The notes under the pieces are model-generated. The model was not told the origin of the DNA and did not search any database. It worked only from the letters and a program-made list of their open reading frames with translations. From an uncultured Candidatus Binatia bacterium (GTDB lineage: Bacteria > Desulfobacterota > Binatia > Bin18), in the NCBI GenBank assembly GCA_965214605.1, contig OZ243961.1:1344001-1408000 (forward strand): a stretch of 64,000 bases of DNA, written 5' to 3'. Below are positions 24,163 through 33,741 of this stretch, one piece after another; position 1 is the stretch's first letter; each line of letters opens with the position of its first letter. The translations under genes and the position numbers were made by a program.

Positions 24163-24283
24163 AACACCTCCCTCTCTGCTCCACAAACAAGAAATCCGCG
24201 GGAAGGTTTCGCTTTGGTCGGGAGGCGTGCGCAGTGTAGTAGATGGACAGCTGGTGTCGTCACATCTGGGGACATGGTAGACG

Positions 24284-24469
24284 CTAGGGGACGACGACCA
24301 GAACAACCAAGACCAGCCCGATCAGACTCATCACCACAACCAAGAGTATTCCGCTCAACAGGGTAGCCGGCTGGAAGGACAGCCAGGGCAGGCCGGGGCA
24401 GCGCCCGGTGAGGAGCAACCACAGACTCAAAATCCACACAATGAAGAGCGTGAGCGCAATGACCTGCAC
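24284..24469 (-). CDS. Small two-TM membrane protein
   Basis: 61-aa ORF with two strongly hydrophobic segments; GTG start, no clear SD. Confidence 0.4.
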   Translation of the reverse strand: MQVIALTLFIVWILSLWLLLTGRCPGLPWLSFQPATLLSGILLVVVMSLIGLVLVVLVVVP

Positions 24470-24586
24470 GTGGGCCCACAGCTAGCCGATCGGCGTCCAA
24501 CAGTCAAGCGGGGAGACGGATGAGCGCGTTGCATTTATCCAGCGTTCATACTATATGAAAAAAGCTGTTGAGAATGGGGCGGCCTG

Positions 24587-25135
24587 GTGAAAATCCATAT
24601 CGAAGATATCCTTACGTCTCCGACTGTTCTTGCTTTTACTGAGGAGGCCCAGGAACTCGGCCAGTTTCTCTCGTCAGCCCAGGCAACACCCGAATATCGG
24701 GTTGAAGCGCCCCCGCATATTCGGCTGAGCCATTTCCGCTCGGGACAAGACCTTTTTTTTGACGGCAGCGTACAAGGGACACTCAAGAGTCAGTGCGTGC
24801 GCTGCCTTGAATCGTACTCCTTCTCCCTAGACCGCTCCTTCTCGGTAGTTCTCCAGCCCGCGCTCCGGATCGGCCGGGAGATTGAATTGGGGCAAGACGA
24901 GTTGTCGGCAAGTTTTTATCACGGAGAACACATTGACGTATCAGCGTTGGTCCACGAGCAAGTCCTACTCGCCCTCCCGAGCGCCCCGGTATGTTCTGAA
25001 GGGTGCCGTGGTCTGTGTTCCCAGTGTGGCATCAATCTGAACCAAGACAGCTGCGCCTGCCAGCCGCACGGCAAAGATTCGCTGCTAGCCCTCCTCTCTT
25101 CCGCGCGGGTCTCTTCCCAAGGAGTCGGTAAATAA
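24587..25135 (+). CDS. yceD: YceD/DUF177 family protein
   Basis: CVRCL and CSEGCRGLCSQCG.NLN motifs; position upstream of plsX. Confidence 0.9.
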   Translation: MKIHIEDILTSPTVLAFTEEAQELGQFLSSAQATPEYRVEAPPHIRLSHFRSGQDLFFDGSVQGTLKSQCVRCLESYSFSLDRSFSVVLQPALRIGREIELGQDELSASFYHGEHIDVSALVHEQVLLALPSAPVCSEGCRGLCSQCGINLNQDSCACQPHGKDSLLALLSSARVSSQGVGK

Positions 25136-25159
25136 GCGCCTGTTTGCTCATAGACCACT

Positions 25160-26449
25160 ATGTATATTGCAGTTGATGCCATGGGCGGTGATTATGCCCC
25201 GCGCGCTATCGTCGAGGGTGCGGTTGACGCATCTCGAGAGTATGGCATTGAGGTTTTGCTCGTCGGTAATCGGGACAGTATTGCGCGTGAACTCAAGCAC
25301 GTCCAGGCAAAAGAATCATCCCTGTTGGCTGTCCAGCACGCCACCGAGACGATCAGCATGAGCGACTCGGTGGCGGCTATGCGCAATAAACGCGACTCGT
25401 CGCTACACGTTGCGTTTGGACATGTCAAATCGGGCAACGCTGGAGCGGTTGTCAGCGCAGGCAATTCCGGAGCGGTGCTAGCCCTGGCTATCACTAGCCT
25501 CGGCCGCCTCAAGGGTGTCGAACGTCCAGCAATTGTTACCATGCTGCCAACCTCAGGCCAGCGAGCCTGCCTCATTGATTCCGGGGCAAATGTTGAGTGT
25601 AAACCTCAACATCTAATCCAGTTTGCTATCATGGGCGAGGTCTATGCTCGCGTCGTACACAACATTCGTCATCCGCGGGTCGGCGTCTTGAGCAACGGCG
25701 AGGAAGACTCAAAGGGCACCGAGGCGACCCGTGTTGCGCACGAAATTCTCAAAAGGCTGTCGCTCAACTATGTCGGCTATATCGAGGGCCGCGACCTGAA
25801 CAACGGCAATGTTGATGTTATTGTCACCGATGGCTTTACTGGCAATGTAGTCCTCAAGACCATGGAGGGCTTCTACGATTTTCTGCATGCCCAACTCCGC
25901 TCTCTTTTTAGCGCCAACTGGCAGGGCAAGCTCGCCTACCTCTTGCTGCGCCATTCTTTTGCTTCTCTACGGGCCAGTTTGGACGCAGATGAGATTGGCG
26001 GGGCACCGCTGTTGGGGACAAAAGGGCTGCCTATTATCGCCCATGGCGCATCCACTCCGAAAGCGATCAAAAACGCGATCCGTCTGGCCGACGAGTCGGT
26101 TCGTCGGAGGGTGAACGATCAGATTATGGAAAACCTGAACGCCCTATCGGAAACCGCGCTTTTGACCGCCGAGATCAAACGGGGCGGGCGCAATCTGTGG
26201 ACCAACATTCGGGAGCGCTTCCGTTCCCGCGACAGTCAGGAAGCCGATGTGGCGCCAGAGGGCAGCCCGTCGGCTCAGACGGACAAACCGGAGCCAGACA
26301 ACCGCCAATCCTCCGGACCGGATTTTGTCGCCGACCGCCGCCTATCCAAGGTGCAAAGCAGCCGAGAGCTGCCCGGCCAGTCCCACGGCTTGGACCAGCA
26401 CAACGCGGCACACAAGCCAGATCAGAAAGAAGAGGAACACCACGGATGA
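25160..26449 (+). CDS. plsX: Phosphate acyltransferase PlsX with a long C-terminal extension
   Basis: IAVDAMGGD.AP, SAGNSGA, DSGAN, GEEDSKG, DGFTGNVVLK, GGAPLLG, AHG. Confidence 0.95.
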   Translation: MYIAVDAMGGDYAPRAIVEGAVDASREYGIEVLLVGNRDSIARELKHVQAKESSLLAVQHATETISMSDSVAAMRNKRDSSLHVAFGHVKSGNAGAVVSAGNSGAVLALAITSLGRLKGVERPAIVTMLPTSGQRACLIDSGANVECKPQHLIQFAIMGEVYARVVHNIRHPRVGVLSNGEEDSKGTEATRVAHEILKRLSLNYVGYIEGRDLNNGNVDVIVTDGFTGNVVLKTMEGFYDFLHAQLRSLFSANWQGKLAYLLLRHSFASLRASLDADEIGGAPLLGTKGLPIIAHGASTPKAIKNAIRLADESVRRRVNDQIMENLNALSETALLTAEIKRGGRNLWTNIRERFRSRDSQEADVAPEGSPSAQTDKPEPDNRQSSGPDFVADRRLSKVQSSRELPGQSHGLDQHNAAHKPDQKEEEHHG

Positions 26450-27384
26450 GTCAGAGGCTGGCGCTGCTCTTCCCCGGCCAAGGCTCACAAATGGTCGGGA
26501 TGGGAGAAGCGTTGATACAGCAGTTTGCCGTCGCCGCTGAGGTCTTTAGCGAAGCGGACGAAACCCTGCAGTTCAAACTGTCGGCCCTGTGCTTTAGGGG
26601 CCCGGAGGCCGACCTGCGGCTGACCGCTAATGCCCAGCCGGCCATACTGGCGACCAGCATTGCCGCCTTACGGGTTCTTGAGCACGAGACGGATCTTCGG
26701 CCAGTCTGCGTGGCGGGCCATAGTTTGGGGGAGTACACCGCCCTAGTCGCGGCCGGGGCGCTGTCTTTTGCCGATGCCCTGCGAACCGTTCGCCAACGTG
26801 GCCGGCTCATGCAAGAAGCCGTACCGGCCGGAGTTGGCAGTATGGCTGCCCTGATGGGACTCTCACCGCAGGACGTCGTCGAAGTCTGTCAAGAGGCTGC
26901 CCAAGACCAGCTCGTTTCCCTGGCCAATATCAACGGTGGAGCCCAAGTGGTGGTGGCCGGTCATACCGAGGCTGTCCGGCGGGCAATTGAGGTCGCCAAA
27001 GCACGAGGCGCAAGGCGGGCTGTCGAATTGGCGGTGAGCGCACCCTTCCACTGTGGGTTGATGGCTCCGGCCGCTGACGGGCTGCGCCAGGTTTTAGAGA
27101 CGCTTGTGGTCCGACCTCTGTCAGTTGACCTGATTCCGAATGCCACCGCCCAGCCACACCGAGACTCTAGCCTGGTCAAACCCTTGCTCTTCCAGCAGGT
27201 CACGGCTCCAGTCCGCTGGGAGGAGAGCATACAACAACTCGGCGTGCTGGGCTGTCAAGCCGCGGTCGAAATTGGACCGGGGCGGGTGCTGAGCGGCTTA
27301 CTCAAACGGATCAACCCCAATCTCCCGTGCGGCTCTTTTGGTGAGCCAAACCATCTCCAGACGCTACAAGGGCTACTCGTATGA
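26446..27384 (+). CDS. fabD: Malonyl-CoA:ACP transacylase
   Basis: FPGQGSQ, GHSLGEY, VSAPFH, EIGPG; ATGA overlap with plsX. Confidence 0.96.
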   Translation: MSQRLALLFPGQGSQMVGMGEALIQQFAVAAEVFSEADETLQFKLSALCFRGPEADLRLTANAQPAILATSIAALRVLEHETDLRPVCVAGHSLGEYTALVAAGALSFADALRTVRQRGRLMQEAVPAGVGSMAALMGLSPQDVVEVCQEAAQDQLVSLANINGGAQVVVAGHTEAVRRAIEVAKARGARRAVELAVSAPFHCGLMAPAADGLRQVLETLVVRPLSVDLIPNATAQPHRDSSLVKPLLFQQVTAPVRWEESIQQLGVLGCQAAVEIGPGRVLSGLLKRINPNLPCGSFGEPNHLQTLQGLLV

Positions 27385-28130
27385 CCCCTAAGCTGGAGGG
27401 ACAGATTGCTATTGTGACCGGCGCCTCACGCGGTATCGGTCGGGCCATTGCCGAGCGGCTGGCTGAGGACGGAGCTCGAGTCCTGATCAACTATGTGCAT
27501 AATCAGGCGGCGGCAGAAGACGTGTGCGCCCACATTCGTGCGGCTGGCGGTCGGGCTGAGCTGTGTCGGTTCAACGTTGCCGATCAGGCCGAGGTGACGA
27601 CGCGCGTTCAAGGCGTACTGGCACAACACGACCGGATCGACATTTTGGTCAATAACGCCGGTCTGGCGCTCGATACGCTGCTGTTGCGACTGAAAGAAGA
27701 CGAGTGGCAACGGGTCATGGATGTCAACCTCAAAGGCACTTTTCTGTGCAGCAAAGCCGTTGCCCGCGCCATGGTCCGCCAGCGGAGCGGCCGGATCATT
27801 AACCTGACTTCGGTTGTGGCCCAGACTGGCAACGCCGGACAGGCCGCCTATAGTGCAGCGAAAGCGGGTATTATCGGATTGACAAAGACCCTGGCCAAAG
27901 AGCTGGCCTCGCGTACGATTACCGTCAACGCCGTTGCCCCAGGCTTTATTGAAACCGATATGACCGGGTCCTTGCCAGAGCAGGTCAAAACAGGATATTT
28001 GAGCCTTATTCCAGCGGGTCGATGGGGCACCCCGGCAGAGGTTGCTGAACTGGTGGCTTTCCTAGTCAGCCCCTTGGCGGCGTACATCACCGGACAGGTC
28101 ATCAACATCAACGGTGGTATGTATGTATAA
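27381..28130 (+). CDS. fabG: 3-oxoacyl-ACP reductase
   Basis: TGASRGIG, NNAG, GNAGQAAYSAAK, APGFIETDMT. Confidence 0.95.
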   Translation: MTPKLEGQIAIVTGASRGIGRAIAERLAEDGARVLINYVHNQAAAEDVCAHIRAAGGRAELCRFNVADQAEVTTRVQGVLAQHDRIDILVNNAGLALDTLLLRLKEDEWQRVMDVNLKGTFLCSKAVARAMVRQRSGRIINLTSVVAQTGNAGQAAYSAAKAGIIGLTKTLAKELASRTITVNAVAPGFIETDMTGSLPEQVKTGYLSLIPAGRWGTPAEVAELVAFLVSPLAAYITGQVININGGMYV

Positions 28131-28200
28131 GAGACGTATAGGCTACTACCACCTAACGGCCGCTTCCGCGTCTGGCTAAGCGATAGAGGAGGACAGCGTT

Positions 28201-28443
28201 ATGGCAGAGAGTACAACACTGGAACGCGTCACAGAGATTGTTTGTGAAAACCTCGGTGTGAGTCAAGAACAGGTCAACCTAGAGTCGTCGTTTATTGATG
28301 ACTTAGGCGCCGACTCGCTCGATGTTGTCGAGCTCGTTATGGCGCTTGAAGCAGAGTATAACACCGCGATCTCAGACGAGGACGTCGAAAACATGCGAAC
28401 AGTCAAAGACGTCATTAACTACATCGACAGGCAGCAGTCCTAG
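28201..28443 (+). CDS. acpP: Acyl carrier protein
   Basis: [18 protein letters not shown]. Confidence 0.97.
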   Translation: MAESTTLERVTEIVCENLGVSQEQVNLESSFIDDLGADSLDVVELVMALEAEYNTAISDEDVENMRTVKDVINYIDRQQS

Positions 28444-28476
28444 TGTCTGACGGCGGGTCTATTCTCAGCATTGAGG

Positions 28477-28518
28477 AAAAATCGCAGCGGCTTGGTCTTG
28501 GAAGTTCTGCGATTTTTT
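28477..28518 (+). terminator. Terminator-like hairpin after acpP
   Basis: AAAAATCGCAG...CTGCGATTTTTT inverted repeat. Confidence 0.55.
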
Positions 28519-28590
28519 GTTCTCCTCCGAGATCTGAGAGGCAGAGCAGTCCAGGCTCAGGCGTCACCGCCGCTATGCGAGGGAGTGTAT

Positions 28591-29841
28591 ATGAAAAGCA
28601 GCCTGGCCCAGCAAGACCCTGAGATCTACGCGGCTATTCAGCAGGAAACGCAGCGCCAAGAGGATAATCTTGAGCTGATTGCCTCTGAGAACCTAGTCAG
28701 TCCTGCCGTTCTGGAAGCCCAGGGGTCGGCTCTCACGAATAAATACGCGGAAGGCTATCCCGGCAAACGCTACTATGGCGGCTGTGAATACGTCGATGTC
28801 GCTGAGCAGCTTGCGATCGACCGGGCCAAAACGCTGTTCGGCGCAGACCACGCCAATGTTCAGCCCCACTCCGGCGCTCAGGCTAATATGGCGGCGTATT
28901 TCTCCCAGCTCCAGCCAGGTGATACTATCCTGAGCATGAATCTGTCCCACGGCGGCCATCTCACCCACGGCAGTCCGGTCAACTTCTCGGGAAAATTTTT
29001 CAAGGTGATCCCCTATGGCGTACGTGAGTCTGACCAGCGGATCGACTACCAAGAAATCGCAGACCTAGCTCACAAGCATCGCCCCAAAATGTTGGTTGCC
29101 GGTCACAGCGCTTACCCGCGTCAGCTTGACGCCGCACCTTTCCGTCAGATCGCCGACGAGATCGGCGCCATCGTCATGGTTGACATTGCCCATTTTGCCG
29201 GTTTAGTCGCAGCCGGCCTGCACCCCTCCCCGGTTCCGTATGCTGAACTAGTGACCACCACGACCCACAAAACGCTGCGCGGGCCACGCGGGGGCATGAT
29301 TCTCTGTCGACAGGATTTGGCTAAGAGGGTGAACTCGTCCGTTTTTCCGGGCAATCAGGGTGGCCCGCTGATGCACGTCATCGCCGCTAAGGCGGTCGCC
29401 CTGAAAGAAGCCGCTAGCCCAACCTTCAAAGCCTACCAACGACAAATCCTGGCCAACGCCAAAACGCTGGCCAACAGCCTGCTCAGCCATGGCTTTCGAC
29501 TGGTGTCTGGTGGGACCGACAACCACCTCATGCTGCTCGACCTGCGCGGCACAGCGCTCACCGGCAAGCTGGCCCAAGAAACACTGGATCGCGCTCGTAT
29601 TACCGTCAACAAAAATGCTATTCCATTTGATACCCGCTCTCCGCTTGTCACCAGCGGCGTTCGTATTGGGACGCCGGCCGTGACGAGCCGGGGAATGAAA
29701 GAGTCAGAAATGCAGGTGATTGCCGAGTTTATTTGGCGTGCCTTACAAAAAGTCGGAGATGATAAGGCGCTCGGCACTATCGGGGCAGAGGTGCGTGATC
29801 TGTGTCGCCAATTCCCGGTTTCTGCGCCCATGCTCCCGTAG
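28591..29841 (+). CDS. glyA: Serine hydroxymethyltransferase
   Basis: [41 protein letters not shown]. Confidence 0.98.
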   Translation: MKSSLAQQDPEIYAAIQQETQRQEDNLELIASENLVSPAVLEAQGSALTNKYAEGYPGKRYYGGCEYVDVAEQLAIDRAKTLFGADHANVQPHSGAQANMAAYFSQLQPGDTILSMNLSHGGHLTHGSPVNFSGKFFKVIPYGVRESDQRIDYQEIADLAHKHRPKMLVAGHSAYPRQLDAAPFRQIADEIGAIVMVDIAHFAGLVAAGLHPSPVPYAELVTTTTHKTLRGPRGGMILCRQDLAKRVNSSVFPGNQGGPLMHVIAAKAVALKEAASPTFKAYQRQILANAKTLANSLLSHGFRLVSGGTDNHLMLLDLRGTALTGKLAQETLDRARITVNKNAIPFDTRSPLVTSGVRIGTPAVTSRGMKESEMQVIAEFIWRALQKVGDDKALGTIGAEVRDLCRQFPVSAPMLP

Positions 29842-29862
29842 CTCCTGCCCTAAGCCTGTGGT

Positions 29863-30399
29863 ATGAAATGCCCCTTTTGCTCAAATCAAGATAATCGAGT
29901 CATTGACTCTCGGCTGAGTAGAGACGGAGCCGTCATCAGACGTCGGCGTGAGTGCGACCAGTGTGAGCACCGTTTTACGACCTATGAACGGGTGGAGGAA
30001 ATCCTGCCTCTGGTCATTAAGAAAGATGGCCGCCGGGAGGCGTATAGCCGTCAGAAAGTGGTCGCGGGCCTGACCAAAGCGTGTGAGAAACGGCCGATCA
30101 GTATTGAGACGATTGAAGACATTGCCGACCGCATTGAGTGCTTCCTGCCGGGCTCTGGAGATAAAGAGCTCAAGAGTACAATGATAGGCGAGGAGGTCAT
30201 GCGCCAACTGTATGATCTGGATAAAGTAGCCTACGTCCGTTTTGCCTCGGTGTACCGCTCATTCCAAGATCTGGACGCGTTCATGAACGAGCTCAAAGAC
30301 TTGCTCCAAGAGCGCAGCCACAGTGAGTCAAATCCTGACAGGCCCCGCTCTGGTCGTCGCTTGCGCAAGAAGAAGTCGTCGAAAATAAGCGCACAATGA
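29863..30399 (+). CDS. nrdR: Transcriptional repressor NrdR
   Basis: MKCPFC, IRRRREC, RFTTYE, ATP cone, [10 protein letters not shown]. Confidence 0.97.
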   Translation: MKCPFCSNQDNRVIDSRLSRDGAVIRRRRECDQCEHRFTTYERVEEILPLVIKKDGRREAYSRQKVVAGLTKACEKRPISIETIEDIADRIECFLPGSGDKELKSTMIGEEVMRQLYDLDKVAYVRFASVYRSFQDLDAFMNELKDLLQERSHSESNPDRPRSGRRLRKKKSSKISAQ

Positions 30400-31520
30400 A
30401 GTCCGCCACCTCTGACATGTCTGATGACGCCTATATGCAGCGGGCCTTGGAGCTCGCAGCTCGCGGTTTGGGGCGGACGAGTCCAAATCCGGCGGTTGGC
30501 GCGGTGATTGTTCGCGGCAGCCGCATCATCGGCGAGGGATTTCACCGTCGGGCGGGCGGGCCGCACGCCGAAATCGAAGCCCTGCGTAGCCTAAAGGGCT
30601 CGGCCAAGGGCGCGACCCTATACGTCAATCTCGAGCCATGCTCCCACCACGGCCGGACCCCACCGTGTGTCGACGCGGTGATACAGGCCGGGATCCAACG
30701 CGTGGTAATCGGCACCGTCGATCCCAACCCGCTGGTCGCCGGACGCGGGGTACGCCGTTTACGGCAAGCCGGGATTCAGCTCAAAACCGGCGTCTTGAGG
30801 CAGGCGTGTGAGCGGCTAAACGAGGATTTCAGTATTTTTATTCGGACCGGACGGCCGATGGTCACGCTCAAGCTGGCCGCTTCGCTAGACGGCCGGATTG
30901 CAACTGCGGTGGGAGACTCCCGCTGGATCAGCGGCCCCTCCTCACGTCGCCTGGTGCATCAACTCAGAAATCAGGCCGACGCTGTTCTGGTTGGGGCCGA
31001 AACCGTGCGTAGCGATGACCCACAGCTGACGTGTCGTATTCGGGGCGGCCGCGACCCGGTGCGCGTCGTGCTAGACAGCCGTCTGTCCATCAGCCCCCAG
31101 GCTCGCGTCTGCACCCAATCTTCAAAAGCCTCCACCCTTATCGTCACCACCCAAGCCGGAGCAAAACGGCGGAGCTTGTTCGAGCGGCCAAATGTCGAGG
31201 TCTTGCCACTGGACGCCCAGGATCGAGTCCCGCTCGCCGCCCTCCTCCAGGAGTTGGCGCGCCGTGGCCTCAAACATGTGTTGATTGAGGGTGGCGGCCA
31301 GGTCGCAGCCTCCGCCCTGAGCGAGCACCTCGTTAATAAAATCCTGTTTTTTTACCGACCCATCTTGCTCGGTGGCGATGGACGGGCCATGATCGGAGCC
31401 CTTGGCATTACCCGAGTTGCTGCCGGCCACAAGCTGCACATCGAACAGATTAGTCAACGAGGGGACGATGTGGTGGTAAGTGCCCATATTGACCAAGCAG
31501 CGTCCCGACGGGAGAAATAA
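30396..31520 (+). CDS. ribD: Riboflavin biosynthesis deaminase/reductase
   Basis: [33 protein letters not shown]. Confidence 0.96.
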   Translation: MKSATSDMSDDAYMQRALELAARGLGRTSPNPAVGAVIVRGSRIIGEGFHRRAGGPHAEIEALRSLKGSAKGATLYVNLEPCSHHGRTPPCVDAVIQAGIQRVVIGTVDPNPLVAGRGVRRLRQAGIQLKTGVLRQACERLNEDFSIFIRTGRPMVTLKLAASLDGRIATAVGDSRWISGPSSRRLVHQLRNQADAVLVGAETVRSDDPQLTCRIRGGRDPVRVVLDSRLSISPQARVCTQSSKASTLIVTTQAGAKRRSLFERPNVEVLPLDAQDRVPLAALLQELARRGLKHVLIEGGGQVAASALSEHLVNKILFFYRPILLGGDGRAMIGALGITRVAAGHKLHIEQISQRGDDVVVSAHIDQAASRREK

Positions 31521-31532
31521 TAGGGAGGGCCT

Positions 31533-32756
31533 ATGCCACTACCGGCCGCACCTGTTGAGAAAGTTATCACTGACCTGCGCCAGGGCAAGATGATCATTCT
31601 GGTTGACGACGACGAAGTGCGTGGGGAGGCGAATCTGTGCATTGCTGCCGACAAAACTACCCCGGAAGCGGTCAATTTTATGGCGACCCACGGTCGAGGC
31701 CTGGTGTGCCTGGCCCTGACCGAAGAAAAAATCCGCAAACTCGGTATTCCGATGCTTGGCTCCGGCCCGGCTCTTAACCACCAGCGTCTGTTTGGCGCAT
31801 CGATCGAAGCCCGCAAAGGTGTCACCACTGGTATATCAGCCTATGATCGCGCGGTCACGATTACGACGGCGGTCAAACCCAAGGCTGGTCCTGACGATAT
31901 TGTCATGCCCGGTCACGTCCATCCCCTGCTGGCACATCGAGGCGGGGTACTGGCCTGGCCCGGCTTATCAGAAGGGGCAATTGACCTAGTCCGTCTCGGA
32001 CGCCTCACCCTGGCGGCAACCCTATGTACGATCTTGGGCGAAAATGGCGACCTGGCTAGCGAGGCAGATCTCAAAGTCCTAGCCGACCAATACGAGCTCA
32101 AGATCGTAACCCTGTCCGATCTTATGACCTATCGGCTGCGGACTGAGTCGCTCGTCCACCAGGTCGCCCAAGCGGATATCACCAGCCCGTTTGGCGGCAA
32201 GTTCCTCGCCATTGCCTACCGGACCGATATTGACGCTCACGAACACATCGCTCTGGTTAAAGGCAAAATTCATCCGCGCGACATCGTATCAGTTCGAGTC
32301 CACTCGCAGTGTCTGACTGGCGATGTGTTTGGCTCGGAGCGGTGCGACTGTGGCGAGCAGCTCCACCAAGCTATGGCTGATATTACCAAAGAGGGCAAAG
32401 GCATCATCTTGTACCTGCATCAGGAGGGCCGCGGTATTGGTTTAGCCAATAAAATTCGTGCCTACGCGCTCCAAGACCAGGGCTTTGATACGGTTGAGGC
32501 TAACCTGCACCTCGGTTTTGAAGAAGATCTGCGCGACTATGGGATTGGGGCCCAGATCCTGCACGATCTGCATATTTCGCAGGTACGCCTGCTGACCAAC
32601 AACCCCCAAAAAATCAGCGGGCTAGAGGGCTATGGAATCAAGGTAGTGGAACGCCGGGCGATTGAAATCCCGCCGCATAAGGACAACATCCGCTACCTGC
32701 GGACCAAGAAAGAGAAAATGGGGCATCTGCTCAGTGAACTCAAGCCCTTGCGGTAA
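31533..32756 (+). CDS. ribBA: RibBA: intact GTP cyclohydrolase II plus a degenerate DHBP synthase domain
   Basis: [34 protein letters not shown] intact; RibB motifs altered ([22 protein letters not shown]). Confidence 0.92.
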   Translation: MPLPAAPVEKVITDLRQGKMIILVDDDEVRGEANLCIAADKTTPEAVNFMATHGRGLVCLALTEEKIRKLGIPMLGSGPALNHQRLFGASIEARKGVTTGISAYDRAVTITTAVKPKAGPDDIVMPGHVHPLLAHRGGVLAWPGLSEGAIDLVRLGRLTLAATLCTILGENGDLASEADLKVLADQYELKIVTLSDLMTYRLRTESLVHQVAQADITSPFGGKFLAIAYRTDIDAHEHIALVKGKIHPRDIVSVRVHSQCLTGDVFGSERCDCGEQLHQAMADITKEGKGIILYLHQEGRGIGLANKIRAYALQDQGFDTVEANLHLGFEEDLRDYGIGAQILHDLHISQVRLLTNNPQKISGLEGYGIKVVERRAIEIPPHKDNIRYLRTKKEKMGHLLSELKPLR

Positions 32757-32788
32757 CGGTGGCGAGGACGAAAGAGTAGGCGATTTCT

Positions 32789-33256
32789 ATGGTGCGCATT
32801 ATTCAGGGCAATATGGACGCGAGCGGTCAGCGCTACGGCTTGGTTGTGGCTCAGTTTAACAGTCTAGTGACTGAGCGGCTCCAAGCCGGAGCGGTTGATA
32901 CGCTGTGTCGGCACGGTGTCAGCCAAGAGGCGATTGATGTCGTGCTCGTCCCCGGCGCCTACGACATCCCTCTGTTTGCCAAGAAGCTCGCCGCTAGCGG
33001 TCGCTACGATGCGCTCATCTGTCTAGGCGCGGTCATTAAGGGCGAAACTCCACATTTTGATTATATTGCTGCCGCTATGACCCAGGGGATTAAGGAAATT
33101 ATGCTCACCCATGAACTCCCCATCACCTTCGGGGTACTGACCACTAACTCTGTCGAGCAGGCGCTTGACCGGGCCGGAGCCAAACTAGGCAATAAGGGCG
33201 CTGAGGCCGCGGTAGCAGCGATCGAGATGGTCAATACCTTAAAAGAGTTGACCTAA
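32789..33256 (+). CDS. ribH: 6,7-dimethyl-8-ribityllumazine synthase
   Basis: AQFN, VPGAYDIP, GAVIKGETPHFDY, FGVLT, GNKG. Confidence 0.96.
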   Translation: MVRIIQGNMDASGQRYGLVVAQFNSLVTERLQAGAVDTLCRHGVSQEAIDVVLVPGAYDIPLFAKKLAASGRYDALICLGAVIKGETPHFDYIAAAMTQGIKEIMLTHELPITFGVLTTNSVEQALDRAGAKLGNKGAEAAVAAIEMVNTLKELT

Positions 33257-33270
33257 GCCCTCCAAGACAC

Positions 33271-33741
33271 ATGCCCTCTTCCCACCCCCACGGCTCCCGA
33301 CGGCAGGGCCGAGAGTTTGCCCTGCAAGTCCTCTATCAGGTCGATATGACCGGGACCGAGCCCCACCAGGCCCTGGCCATGTTTTGGCAAAACTTCGAAC
33401 CCAAAGCTGACAAACGGGAGTTTACGACCGCTCTGGTAGAGGGCTCTTGGCGAGAACGTGAGCGCCTGGATAGATTGATTGCAGACGCCGCCGAACACTG
33501 GCGTCTGGGACGTTTGCCCAAGGTTGATTGTAATCTCCTACGCCTTGGCGCATATGAACTGCTGAACTATCCCGAGCTATCGGCCGGGGTAACGATTAAC
33601 GAGGCGATTGAAATTGCGCGCCGTTACTGTAGCGATGAGGCTCCGATGTTCATCAACGGCGTGCTTGATCGGATTGCCGCTGTGGTGGGCAAGAAAGTAG
33701 ACCGTCATGAGTCAAGCGCATCCTCAGACCGCCCAAAGTAA
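33271..33741 (+). CDS. nusB: Transcription antitermination factor NusB
   Basis: [29 protein letters not shown]. Confidence 0.95.
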   Translation: MPSSHPHGSRRQGREFALQVLYQVDMTGTEPHQALAMFWQNFEPKADKREFTTALVEGSWRERERLDRLIADAAEHWRLGRLPKVDCNLLRLGAYELLNYPELSAGVTINEAIEIARRYCSDEAPMFINGVLDRIAAVVGKKVDRHESSASSDRPK

